Shown here: positions 43,380 through 52,215 of the stretch, in pieces
How positions within the stretch are numbered: the first letter of the stretch is position 1
Layout of the letters: the number at the start of each line of letters is the position of its first letter
From: Candidatus Omnitrophota bacterium
Lineage (GTDB): Bacteria; Omnitrophota; Gorgyraeia; 2-01-FULL-45-10
Direction: 5' to 3'
DNA: 64,000 nt
Assembly: GCA_041661345.1 (NCBI GenBank)
Contig: JBAZUO010000006.1
Location: 3,410 to 67,409 of the forward strand
Notes under the pieces: model-generated
What the model saw: only the letters and a program-made list of their open reading frames with translations
What the model was told of the DNA's origin: nothing
The model's database searches: none
Program-made: the position numbers and the translations under genes

Positions 43380-44505
43380 ATATCTCCGTTATTTTTTTTA
43401 TTTCCTTTTCCAACGATAAATTTTCATTAACGTATTCACTGGCATTTTTCCCAAGGATATTACACAGTCCCGGATTCTCAATTAAATATTCCATCTTTTC
43501 CGCCAGGGATCCCGGGTCATCAGGCCGGCACAGGATGCCGGTCTTACCGTCAATTACGGATCTCTCCGATCCCGGGAACGGCGTTGTTACTACAGGCATT
43601 CCCGAAGATTGGGCGGCGACGAGCGTCAATGAAGGGCCGCCTTCATCATCGCCGTCTTTGGCCGCTATCGATGGGAGCACGAATATATCATTACTGTAGA
43701 GATGTTCCTTATAAAGGCTCGCGAATTTTGAACCCATACCTGAAGTATCCATAATCGAAACGCGGTTTCCTATTTTCAATTTCTTTATACAGTCGTCCAG
43801 TACTTTTTTTTGCCCGGGAGAGCCGTATCCCAAAACCGTGAGCTTTACATCCCGCCCTTTATTGACCAGGCCGGCAATTGCCTCAAATAGTACGGGATAT
43901 CCTTTCTTCTCGACGAACCGGGCCGCGATTAAAAACTTAGTGCCATTCCCCCGCGTCCTGGGATTGTATTTGTAAAGAGAAAGATCGTTCAGGCAATCGG
44001 CAATCCTTATCTTTTCCGATGGACAGCCTATTTTTTCAAGCCGCGACTTCGCCTCCGTGCACAAGACAATGAATAGGCTTCTGGTCTTAAACATCCCCTG
44101 ATAACGCTTTATCCATTTTGCCTGCTTAACCAGCCGCGAAACATCCATGCCGTAGAATGTAACAACCATGGGCAGGCCTAGTTCATCCATAAGGTTTGCA
44201 AGGCCCGCGCCCACAGGCCCGAAGTGCGCATGGACAAGCGATGCATTTGAGTCACTCAGCATTCTTCTGTAAAAATTATTCCTTGCATTAATATAGATCA
44301 GCCTTGTTAAGATAACTTTTGAAAATATCGCGCATGGATTTTTATCAAAAATATATACATCCCCGTCGCTTTGTGACAGGTCTCCTGCCGCTTTTTCACA
44401 TAGCGTCACTAACTTATATCTGTCACCGACCGTTTTATAACAATGTGGCCCGTTCGGGTCACCGGCTGGATACGTTTCATATATGTGCGCTATCGTTTTT
44501 TTCAT
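43363..44505 (-). CDS. GT4-family glycosyltransferase
   Basis: 380 aa. Motif GGPSLTLVAAQSSGMPVVTTPFPGSERSVIDGKTGIL (E/GT-B C-terminal motif). Confidence 0.85.
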   Translation of the reverse strand: MKKTIAHIYETYPAGDPNGPHCYKTVGDRYKLVTLCEKAAGDLSQSDGDVYIFDKNPCAIFSKVILTRLIYINARNNFYRRMLSDSNASLVHAHFGPVGAGLANLMDELGLPMVVTFYGMDVSRLVKQAKWIKRYQGMFKTRSLFIVLCTEAKSRLEKIGCPSEKIRIADCLNDLSLYKYNPRTRGNGTKFLIAARFVEKKGYPVLFEAIAGLVNKGRDVKLTVLGYGSPGQKKVLDDCIKKLKIGNRVSIMDTSGMGSKFASLYKEHLYSNDIFVLPSIAAKDGDDEGGPSLTLVAAQSSGMPVVTTPFPGSERSVIDGKTGILCRPDDPGSLAEKMEYLIENPGLCNILGKNASEYVNENLSLEKEIKKITEIYEELL

Positions 44506-44515
44506 CTTAACCCTA

Positions 44516-45466
44516 TCATGCCTTCCTTAAAATAAAACAGATATTCTGTCCAAAATTTTTTATTACCGGGTTACCTCCTACGCGCCTTTCGATCCAGGAT
44601 AGGCGTTTGTATATGTCGAGGCCGAATCTTCTAAAAACAAGGCTTATGAGATTTCTCGGTAATACCATAAACGAAAATATATCGACTTCTTCCAGCCCGC
44701 TTTCCAGCAGCAATCTCTTCCATCTCGAAGGCAGATAATTATAAACCTCATCAAAATAATTTTTGTACGCGCCATGAGGCTCCGGAAGAGGAAAATGCGG
44801 CCTATTCTTCTTCATCCTCTCAAAAATGCCGAGGTTATCATCGCCGGAAACGATTGTCATGGTATCCTTTTTGCTTATCCGGCCGGAACTGCGCGTAAAA
44901 AGACGATGCCACATTGCCGACAGGAAGTCCGCGTAAAAAATTACCGGATAATAGGCTACCCTCTCCATGAAATTCGGGACTATAACGATAAATAATCCGC
45001 CTTTTTTGAGCACCCTCTTTACATCCGCGATCATCTTTTCCCTATTCGGGACATGCTCAAGCGTATACATCGAAAACACCATGTCAAACATCCCGGCCTT
45101 AAACGGCAGGTCTTCCCCTGAACATGAAACCAGCTCGCAGTTCCTGATCGCTAGACGCGCGGTTAATTCTTTCGCGGTACCCATCCCAACAGAGTGGCTC
45201 TTCGAATCCTGGCCGTAAAGATCCGTTGCAATTACGCTATCCGCAAATTTAGATAATACGCATGAATTGAAGCCATTGCCGCAGCCTATTTCCAGAAGTT
45301 TTCCGCAATCCTTTAAGTTTATAAACGATAAAAGATTTTCCATCTCCATGCCGCGCAGTTCAAAGTAATTACCCCACGGCTCAAGATTTCCCGCTTTTAT
45401 CCTGGCTTCGTTTTTTACTTCATCTACGCAATTCATTGAATATTCCCGCCAACTCCTGCGCCACAT
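44516..45466 (-). CDS. Class I SAM-dependent methyltransferase
   Basis: 316 aa. Motifs LLEIGCGNGFNS (motif I), FDMVFSMYTLEHV and KKGGLFIVIVPN. The start may instead be the internal ATG at 45436. Confidence 0.8.
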   Translation of the reverse strand: MWRRSWREYSMNCVDEVKNEARIKAGNLEPWGNYFELRGMEMENLLSFINLKDCGKLLEIGCGNGFNSCVLSKFADSVIATDLYGQDSKSHSVGMGTAKELTARLAIRNCELVSCSGEDLPFKAGMFDMVFSMYTLEHVPNREKMIADVKRVLKKGGLFIVIVPNFMERVAYYPVIFYADFLSAMWHRLFTRSSGRISKKDTMTIVSGDDNLGIFERMKKNRPHFPLPEPHGAYKNYFDEVYNYLPSRWKRLLLESGLEEVDIFSFMVLPRNLISLVFRRFGLDIYKRLSWIERRVGGNPVIKNFGQNICFILRKA

Positions 45467-46643
45467 AAGACCTGGTATAACTTTTTAATTTTTCTTCATC
45501 AATGCCGGATGCAACAAAGCCAATTTCCTTGTGTTCGTTGTAACACTTTAATAATATTTCTTTCAGCTCCTTTTTGGAATTAGCTACAAAACCGGCGTTA
45601 AGCTCTCTTACAAGGCCGTTCACGATACTGTCCTTTTCGGATATCACAATTATGGGCCTGCGGGAGCCAAGATATTCAAATATCTTGGCAGAATACCAGC
45701 CGCTAGCCCCTTTCCATTGAAAAAATAATAGCATCGACGAACTCTTCTGAATCCTTAACGCCTCCTTATAATCGACCGGGCCGTGCTCTTTCACTATATC
45801 ATCGATTTTGTATTTACCGGCAAGGCCCGATATATCGGCTTTTTCAAATCCCAGCGTATAGAATTCTATATCTATTTTATTCCTATCTATCGATCCATCC
45901 TTAACGCATTCGCTTACCGCCTCAAATAGGACTTCCGGATCCTGAGACACGCGATTCAGCTTGCCGGTATACCCCATAGTGAATTTTTCAGGCTTCATCG
46001 ATGGCATGCCATTAAAATCTTCTTCGTCGAATCCGTTTGTAACAACCCTTATCCTGCTCGGCGCAACTCTGCTCGTTCGCGCCAGGGCTCGCGCCCAATT
46101 ACTGGAGACTATTGTAATCAAGTCAGCGTCTTTTAGGACTTTTCTTTCAAGCGGTATGGAAAATATACGCTTTTTTAGAAAAAATTCCTTTTCGAAATGG
46201 TAGTCCGACCACAGATCCCTCATATCCGCTATCCACGGAAGCCCCGTCTTCTCCTTGACCAGCCTGCCTATCATGTGTGCGGTCGATGGAGGAGACATCG
46301 AAAAAATGACATCGAACCTTTCTTCTCCATGCAATTTTAAAGCCTGCTTCAATGCGTGATCCAACCAACCTATATTGGTATCCGGCACTAAAAGTAACTT
46401 CCTCAATCTATCGGGAAGAAACACGAATTTCTCCTCATAGCCGGTCTTTACGATTTTATAAAAATTCATGTCCATTCCGGCATCCTCTGATCTGGACATA
46501 GAGGCCCGCGCGCTGTCATCGGTCGTGAGAACCGTAGGCATCCACCCAAACTTGGGCAGATACTTCACGAACTTTAAAGCCCTCATCACGCCAACACCGC
46601 CTTTGGGCGGCCATGAATACGTTATGAACAAGACCTTCTTCAT
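45420..46643 (-). CDS. GT4-like (GT-B) glycosyltransferase
   Basis: 407 aa. N-terminus MKKVLFITYSWPPKGGVGVMRALKFVKYLPKFGW, as in many GT4 'group 1' enzymes. Two Rossmann halves. Confidence 0.7.
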   Translation of the reverse strand: MKKVLFITYSWPPKGGVGVMRALKFVKYLPKFGWMPTVLTTDDSARASMSRSEDAGMDMNFYKIVKTGYEEKFVFLPDRLRKLLLVPDTNIGWLDHALKQALKLHGEERFDVIFSMSPPSTAHMIGRLVKEKTGLPWIADMRDLWSDYHFEKEFFLKKRIFSIPLERKVLKDADLITIVSSNWARALARTSRVAPSRIRVVTNGFDEEDFNGMPSMKPEKFTMGYTGKLNRVSQDPEVLFEAVSECVKDGSIDRNKIDIEFYTLGFEKADISGLAGKYKIDDIVKEHGPVDYKEALRIQKSSSMLLFFQWKGASGWYSAKIFEYLGSRRPIIVISEKDSIVNGLVRELNAGFVANSKKELKEILLKCYNEHKEIGFVASGIDEEKLKSYTRSYVAQELAGIFNELRR

Positions 46644-46662
46644 GCCTGCATCCTAGTCATTA

Positions 46663-47733
46663 TCATCTGCCCTTATTATCGGTACACACCATGCATGGCT
46701 CCGGGAGAAGAGAGCTGTCTTTCGATAAAAATTTTCTTCTCATCGATTTGAAAAATTCGTTATTCCAGACATCGGCATCCCTGAAACTGCCGTGCCCTTC
46801 CATGTTAAGAAGCATCATGGAACAACTGGAAACGTTCCCGTCCCCATCGATCCTTATCTGTGAAAAATATGTGCTACAGCGTATCTGCTTAGATTGCGCA
46901 TCCACAAGGATCGGCGGCGTGATCTTTTTTCTCACAGAAACAGGATATTTTTTTAACATACCTTCGATTTCTGCCGATAAATCAGGGTCATACATCAATA
47001 CTCTCTCCTCAGCCCTGAGCCCATCATATGGGCTTGGCAGAAAATTGCAGAAAAAGATACGGTCAACGCCAAGCTTTAGCCCTACGCCTACCATTTCCGG
47101 GATAAATTTGTAATTTAATTTGTCTACTATAAACGAGAGCTTTATATTCACTCGCGAGCGCCTTCTATCCCTCTCCTCCACCAAATGTTTCGTCGCATCA
47201 TATATCTGATTATAGATACCGCCGTCCATGCCGGTCATCCTCGCAAACTCTTCCGGATTATGGCCGTTGATGCTTATCGTTATACCGTCCAGCTCTGAAT
47301 TCAATATATTGTCTATATTTTTTTCTATAACGGTACCGTTTGAAAAAGTTTTAACGACCATCCTCCTGGAAGCGGCGTAATCCACCATCTTGAATAAATC
47401 CTTATTTAGGAGCGGCTCGCCGGAACCAATGATATGAAGAGTAACGGCACTGCTAAAGCGATCCACTATCTCTTTGAACATAATAAAATCGATATCCTTG
47501 ATATTATTCTGCCGGTTAGGGTAATCACGCGGCACACGTGATGAATGTGTGGGGCACATATCACAGGCAAGCGTGCAGCGGTTTGTCGCCACTATCGAGA
47601 TCGTTACCGGAGCATATTCAAGGCATTCCCTCCTCCCTGAAAATAGATATTTAATATAATTATATTTCTGCGGGATCGTATGATTGCTCCATACAATCTC
47701 TAAAATATCTCTGATCATGGCAATCGTATTCAT
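46663..47733 (-). CDS. Radical SAM enzyme with Cys-rich SPASM/twitch-like C-terminus
   Basis: 356 aa. Motif VATNRCTLACDMCPTH (CxxxCxxC). C-terminal cysteines at RCSTYF, VSSCSMM and PCMVCTDN. ATGA-coupled to the upstream class B radical SAM gene. Confidence 0.85.
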   Translation of the reverse strand: MNTIAMIRDILEIVWSNHTIPQKYNYIKYLFSGRRECLEYAPVTISIVATNRCTLACDMCPTHSSRVPRDYPNRQNNIKDIDFIMFKEIVDRFSSAVTLHIIGSGEPLLNKDLFKMVDYAASRRMVVKTFSNGTVIEKNIDNILNSELDGITISINGHNPEEFARMTGMDGGIYNQIYDATKHLVEERDRRRSRVNIKLSFIVDKLNYKFIPEMVGVGLKLGVDRIFFCNFLPSPYDGLRAEERVLMYDPDLSAEIEGMLKKYPVSVRKKITPPILVDAQSKQIRCSTYFSQIRIDGDGNVSSCSMMLLNMEGHGSFRDADVWNNEFFKSMRRKFLSKDSSLLPEPCMVCTDNKGR

Positions 47734-49211
47734 ACTGCCTTATTTTTGTTGAGGGACAGAAATTTCTTGATGGACAGCTTAATGTCCGTAAGCATCTTAT
47801 TATTGAACACATACTCATATAAAAAGGCATTAGTATATACACCTGCAAGAAAGGCTGCTGTTGCGGCGCCTACACCCATTTTTCTTAATTTGGCATATAG
47901 GTGTTTATTTGAATACGCGCGCCTGTTCTTCCTGGTAAATCTCGACGTAGTCTTATACGCATAACTAAAGGCTTTCTTTCTCAACTCATAGGGAAAATCC
48001 GGAGTCGATAGAAATGGCGTATTTACGCGCTGAGAGCCGTCATTGAGGTAGGCCTCCGGTTCTCTCAATAAATAACCGTGTGCCTTCGCATAATCAAAAA
48101 GCTCTGTGTTCGGATAAGGTAAAAGGTGATAAAAACTCGCAGTCATTATTGGATATTTCATGGCCAATTTCACCGATTTCTCAAATTCATGCCAGGTCTC
48201 GCCCGGCGAGCCTATCAGTAGGAAAATCTCCACCATATAATCAAGCTCGCAGGCCATTCTTATGGCCTCTTCCATATCCTTTACGGTAGCGGACTTTTTC
48301 AGGTTCTTAAGTATCTTGTCATCGCCGGATTCGACCCCCACGCCCAACATCTTGAATCCCACCTGCCGCATGCGCTTGAGGATATTGTAGTCAAGCCTGT
48401 CCGCCCTTACGCCGTTATCGCACATCAAATATATATCCTTGAAATTTCTTTTTTCAATCTCATCACAAAATTCGTAAACCCTTTCTTTCATCAGCGTAAA
48501 ATTGTCGTCCCTCATGCTGAATTCTCGATGCCCCTGCCTATAATGATATTCTATCTCGTCCACTACATTTTTAGGCGAACGCGCGACGAATCTCTTCCCT
48601 ATAGCAAGCTTAACGGGGCAATATATACATTCAAAGGGACAACCCCTTGAAGAAAAGATCGAGACCAGAGACATATAATCTTTCTTTTTGAATTTTAAAT
48701 ATTTAGGGTATGGGAGGCTGTCGAGGTCCTGAATAAACGGCCTGTCCCCATTATAAACAACATTGCCGTCTTCGCGATGGATCAATCCTTTAATTTCATG
48801 CAGATCTTTCTGCCCTGAAATTAACTCCATGAGCGTCTCTTCGCCCTCCAACACTACGCCGTAATCGATGGCATCACATTTTTTCAAAACCTCATCCCTG
48901 ACCGTAGAAACGTGAGCGCCGCCCGCCGCCGCCTTTAGATCCGGGAACGACTTTTTTATCCGCCTTATCACCCCGTAATTATACAAATAATTCAGGCTCA
49001 TCATGCTGAACCCGACCATATCCGGTTTAAAATTAGTTATCTTCTCGCGCAGTTTTTGTTCTGTGTTCGTTCGGACATTCAGGTCGAATACGTCGTTCTC
49101 GATACCCTTTGAACTCAGAAGCTCGGAGAGGCATCCTATGCCTGCTGGAAGAACGTTCGAAAATATGGAGTCGTACTTGGCCTGGACCAGTAATATTCTT
49201 TTATATCCCAT
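47730..49211 (-). CDS. Class B (cobalamin-binding-domain) radical SAM enzyme, paralog 6
   Basis: Motifs AAGGAHVSTVRDE...VVLEGEETLMELISG, then SRGCPFECIYC. Track start 49301 overlaps asnB by 101 nt. I prefer ATG 49211 (MGYKRILLVQ), 5 nt after the asnB stop. Confidence 0.9.
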   Translation of the reverse strand: MGYKRILLVQAKYDSIFSNVLPAGIGCLSELLSSKGIENDVFDLNVRTNTEQKLREKITNFKPDMVGFSMMSLNYLYNYGVIRRIKKSFPDLKAAAGGAHVSTVRDEVLKKCDAIDYGVVLEGEETLMELISGQKDLHEIKGLIHREDGNVVYNGDRPFIQDLDSLPYPKYLKFKKKDYMSLVSIFSSRGCPFECIYCPVKLAIGKRFVARSPKNVVDEIEYHYRQGHREFSMRDDNFTLMKERVYEFCDEIEKRNFKDIYLMCDNGVRADRLDYNILKRMRQVGFKMLGVGVESGDDKILKNLKKSATVKDMEEAIRMACELDYMVEIFLLIGSPGETWHEFEKSVKLAMKYPIMTASFYHLLPYPNTELFDYAKAHGYLLREPEAYLNDGSQRVNTPFLSTPDFPYELRKKAFSYAYKTTSRFTRKNRRAYSNKHLYAKLRKMGVGAATAAFLAGVYTNAFLYEYVFNNKMLTDIKLSIKKFLSLNKNKAV

Positions 49212-51093
49212 GCTCTTGCCTCGTATCAATAAATCTCCTGAGCCATAATTCAAGGTTAATCCAGCTCCATACGGCATAACAGGCATCCTTTTTCCCTTCA
49301 ATAAACAGTTCGTATGTTTTCATAACATTTTCGCTGTTAAAATATGGACGGCTCCTGAACTCTCTGGAATTGAGGATCTCTCTCACCTTATCCTTAAGAT
49401 CCGCTTTAAACCACTTCTCGAGAGGCGTGGCAAATCCCATCTTATCTCTTCTTAGCCTGACTTTATCGGGTAAGATACCCTTAAGCGATTCCCTCAATAT
49501 ATATTTTGTGAATCCGTTCTTTATCTTATATTCCGGCCCCAATGAGAACAAATATTCCACAAGCCTGTAATCCAAAAATGGCGCCCTCGTTTCTACTGAA
49601 TGCGCCATGCTCGACCGGTCATCTATGTGCAGAAGGGATGGAAGCGGAGAAATTTTAAGCGCATTGTACAGGTCATTATTTAATATGCCGGAGAATTTTC
49701 TTTCAATCTTTACCTTGCCGCTACTGTTCATAACAAATTCCCTGTCCAGATAATCCGGTGTTTTCTTTTCTCTGATGCTATCGATCAAATTTTTAAAAGT
49801 CCGGGGTGTAGAATAAGAAAACAATATTTTAAATATGCGGCCGGCCACATCCTCGTCGCCCTTGAAACTCCTGTAAATATCGATCTCCCTAACGGCATCG
49901 GGCCACTTAAAAGACCGGATCAGATCCGCAAATAAATAAAAATAATATTTATGATAACCCGCGAGGATCTCATCTCCACCCTGGCCGGTCAAAAGCACTT
50001 TAACCCCTTTATCCCTCGCGGCCTTCATCACATACCACTGCGGGAATATGCTTAAAGTACTGTATGGCTCGTCCTGATGCCATATTATTTCTTCCATCTC
50101 GCCAAAAAGATGTTCAGGCTTGGTAAATATAAAATTCGGCCTTGCCTTCGTTCTTTCCAATACCAGGTTTATAAACTTTCTCTCATCGTATTTATCGTCT
50201 TCGAAACAGGATGAAAAAGTTTCGATCGGACTGCCTTTAAGAATATCCGCCGCAATACACGCGATAGATGAAGAGTCGAGCCCTCCGCTTAATGAGATCC
50301 CCAGAGGAACATCGCTTCTTAACCGCAGCCTGACGGAATCTTCGAAAAGCTCACGAAATTTATCACATGCCTGGCTTTCCGATCGCGGCAGTGCCCTCTT
50401 ATTCGGATCGAGGTCCCAATATTTCACCTGAATAAATTTCTTATCCGGAATCGACAGTTTTATGTAGTGGGCGGCCTTAAGCTGCCTTACGGATCGGAAA
50501 AATGTCTCGTCGGAAATATCCATATAACCATATCCCGAGGCGAGATAATTAAAGACAGCCTTGTCGTTAGCTTCCCTTTTTATCCGCGAGTTAACAAGCA
50601 GTCCCTTGATTTCGGATGCGAATATAAAAGCGGAGTCATCCAAGTAATAGTAGAAAGGTTTAACGCCGAATCTGTCTCTTGCGCAAAAAATCTCTTTCTT
50701 CTTTATATCCAGGATAGCGAACGCCCACATACCGTTAAAATGTTTAAGGCAATCCTCGCCCCATTCCTCGTATGCGTGGATAATAACTTCCGTGTCTGAC
50801 CTGGATCTGAATATGTGGCCGAGCCTCGCCAGCTCTTCTCTCAACTCGACGTAATTATAGATCTCGCCGTTATGCACAATGTAGAGGGTCGAATCCTCGT
50901 TAGGCATCGGCTGATGGGCAACTTTGGAAAGGTCTATTATGGAAAGCCTGGCGTGGCCCAGGCCGATGAAACCGTCTAAATATACACCCATATCGTCAGG
51001 GCCGCGATGCCGCAAGGATTTTACCATCTCCTCAAGGATGCCCCTGTCGGCAGGCTTTCTATCCAGATTAACTATACCGGCTATGCCGCACAT
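49201..51093 (-). CDS. asnB: Asparagine synthase (glutamine-hydrolysing) family amidotransferase, glycan-modifying type
   Basis: 630 aa. MCGIAGIVN (N-terminal Cys nucleophile, Ntn GATase), SLSGGLDSS (PP-loop) and a long C-terminal synthetase domain. Confidence 0.9.
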   Translation of the reverse strand: MCGIAGIVNLDRKPADRGILEEMVKSLRHRGPDDMGVYLDGFIGLGHARLSIIDLSKVAHQPMPNEDSTLYIVHNGEIYNYVELREELARLGHIFRSRSDTEVIIHAYEEWGEDCLKHFNGMWAFAILDIKKKEIFCARDRFGVKPFYYYLDDSAFIFASEIKGLLVNSRIKREANDKAVFNYLASGYGYMDISDETFFRSVRQLKAAHYIKLSIPDKKFIQVKYWDLDPNKRALPRSESQACDKFRELFEDSVRLRLRSDVPLGISLSGGLDSSSIACIAADILKGSPIETFSSCFEDDKYDERKFINLVLERTKARPNFIFTKPEHLFGEMEEIIWHQDEPYSTLSIFPQWYVMKAARDKGVKVLLTGQGGDEILAGYHKYYFYLFADLIRSFKWPDAVREIDIYRSFKGDEDVAGRIFKILFSYSTPRTFKNLIDSIREKKTPDYLDREFVMNSSGKVKIERKFSGILNNDLYNALKISPLPSLLHIDDRSSMAHSVETRAPFLDYRLVEYLFSLGPEYKIKNGFTKYILRESLKGILPDKVRLRRDKMGFATPLEKWFKADLKDKVREILNSREFRSRPYFNSENVMKTYELFIEGKKDACYAVWSWINLELWLRRFIDTRQEHGI

Positions 51094-51099
51094 GGATTT

Positions 51100-52215
51100 T
51101 TATCTCTTAAAGAATTCCATGATCTTTTTTATAACGTAATCCTTCTGTTCGATTTTCAGTTCCGGATAAACGGCGATCGCGAATGTTTCGAGCGATGCGG
51201 CCTCAGACTCTTTCAGGTCTCCTTTTTTATATCCAAGGCTTTTATAACATTCCTGCAGGTGAAGCGGTATCGGGTAATAAGTTCTGGTCTCAACGCCGCC
51301 GTCTACGAGAAACCTCATCAGCTTTTCGAGGCCGGACCGGACTCTTAAAACATACTGATGATAGGTATGAATATTATGGCTGGGAACGTAAGGCAGGATT
51401 AATGGCAGGGTTTTTAAATTTTCATTATAATACATCGCATTGGCCCTGCGCGCTGCAAGCCATTTATCGAGATATCTTAATTTAACCCTCAACACAGCGG
51501 CCTGGATATTATCAAGCCTTGAATTGGTTCCGATTACGGCGTGGACATATCTTACGGAACTGCCGTGAACTCTCAACATCGTAAGCCTTTCAGCCAGGCT
51601 CTTGTCATTAGTAACTACCATGCCGCCTTCGCCGAATGCCCCGAGGTTCTTGCTAGGAAAGAAGCTTAGCGCCCCGAGATCCCCCATTGAACCGGCTTTT
51701 TTGCCTTTATATACGGCGCCTATAGCCTGAGCGCAGTCTTCCACGATCTTTAGCCCATGTTTCCCGGCAATGGCAAGTATCGGATCCATCTCAGCGCATT
51801 GGCCGTAAAGATGAACGGGTATGATAGCCTTAGTTCGTTTACTGATCTTCCGCTCGATGAGATTAGGGTCTATATTGTATGTCTTTGGGTCGATATCCAC
51901 GAATACGGGCTTCGCGCCCACCAGCGAGATGACTTCCGCGGAAGAGAAGAACGTAAAAGGCGATGTGATCACCTCGTCACCCGGTTTTATCCCAAGCGCC
52001 ATAAGCGACAATAGGAGCGCGTCTGTACCCGATGCCACACCTACGGCATATTTCGTATTACAATACCGGGCGATCTCCTTTTCAAGTTCCTTTAAATCTT
52101 CGCCCAATATAAAATTCTGGCTTTCCACCACCCTGTCAACAGCTTCCTTTACCTCTTTTTTGATCGTTTCGTATTGCCCTTTTAAGTCTAATATAGAAAT
52201 CTGCATACCCTTCAT
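51100..52215 (-). CDS. DegT/DnrJ/EryC1/StrS-family PLP-dependent sugar aminotransferase
   Basis: 371 aa. Motifs GVASGTDALLLSL, IIPVHLYGQCAEMD and LSFFPSKNLGAFGEGG (catalytic Lys context). Confidence 0.9.
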   Translation of the reverse strand: MKGMQISILDLKGQYETIKKEVKEAVDRVVESQNFILGEDLKELEKEIARYCNTKYAVGVASGTDALLLSLMALGIKPGDEVITSPFTFFSSAEVISLVGAKPVFVDIDPKTYNIDPNLIERKISKRTKAIIPVHLYGQCAEMDPILAIAGKHGLKIVEDCAQAIGAVYKGKKAGSMGDLGALSFFPSKNLGAFGEGGMVVTNDKSLAERLTMLRVHGSSVRYVHAVIGTNSRLDNIQAAVLRVKLRYLDKWLAARRANAMYYNENLKTLPLILPYVPSHNIHTYHQYVLRVRSGLEKLMRFLVDGGVETRTYYPIPLHLQECYKSLGYKKGDLKESEAASLETFAIAVYPELKIEQKDYVIKKIMEFFKR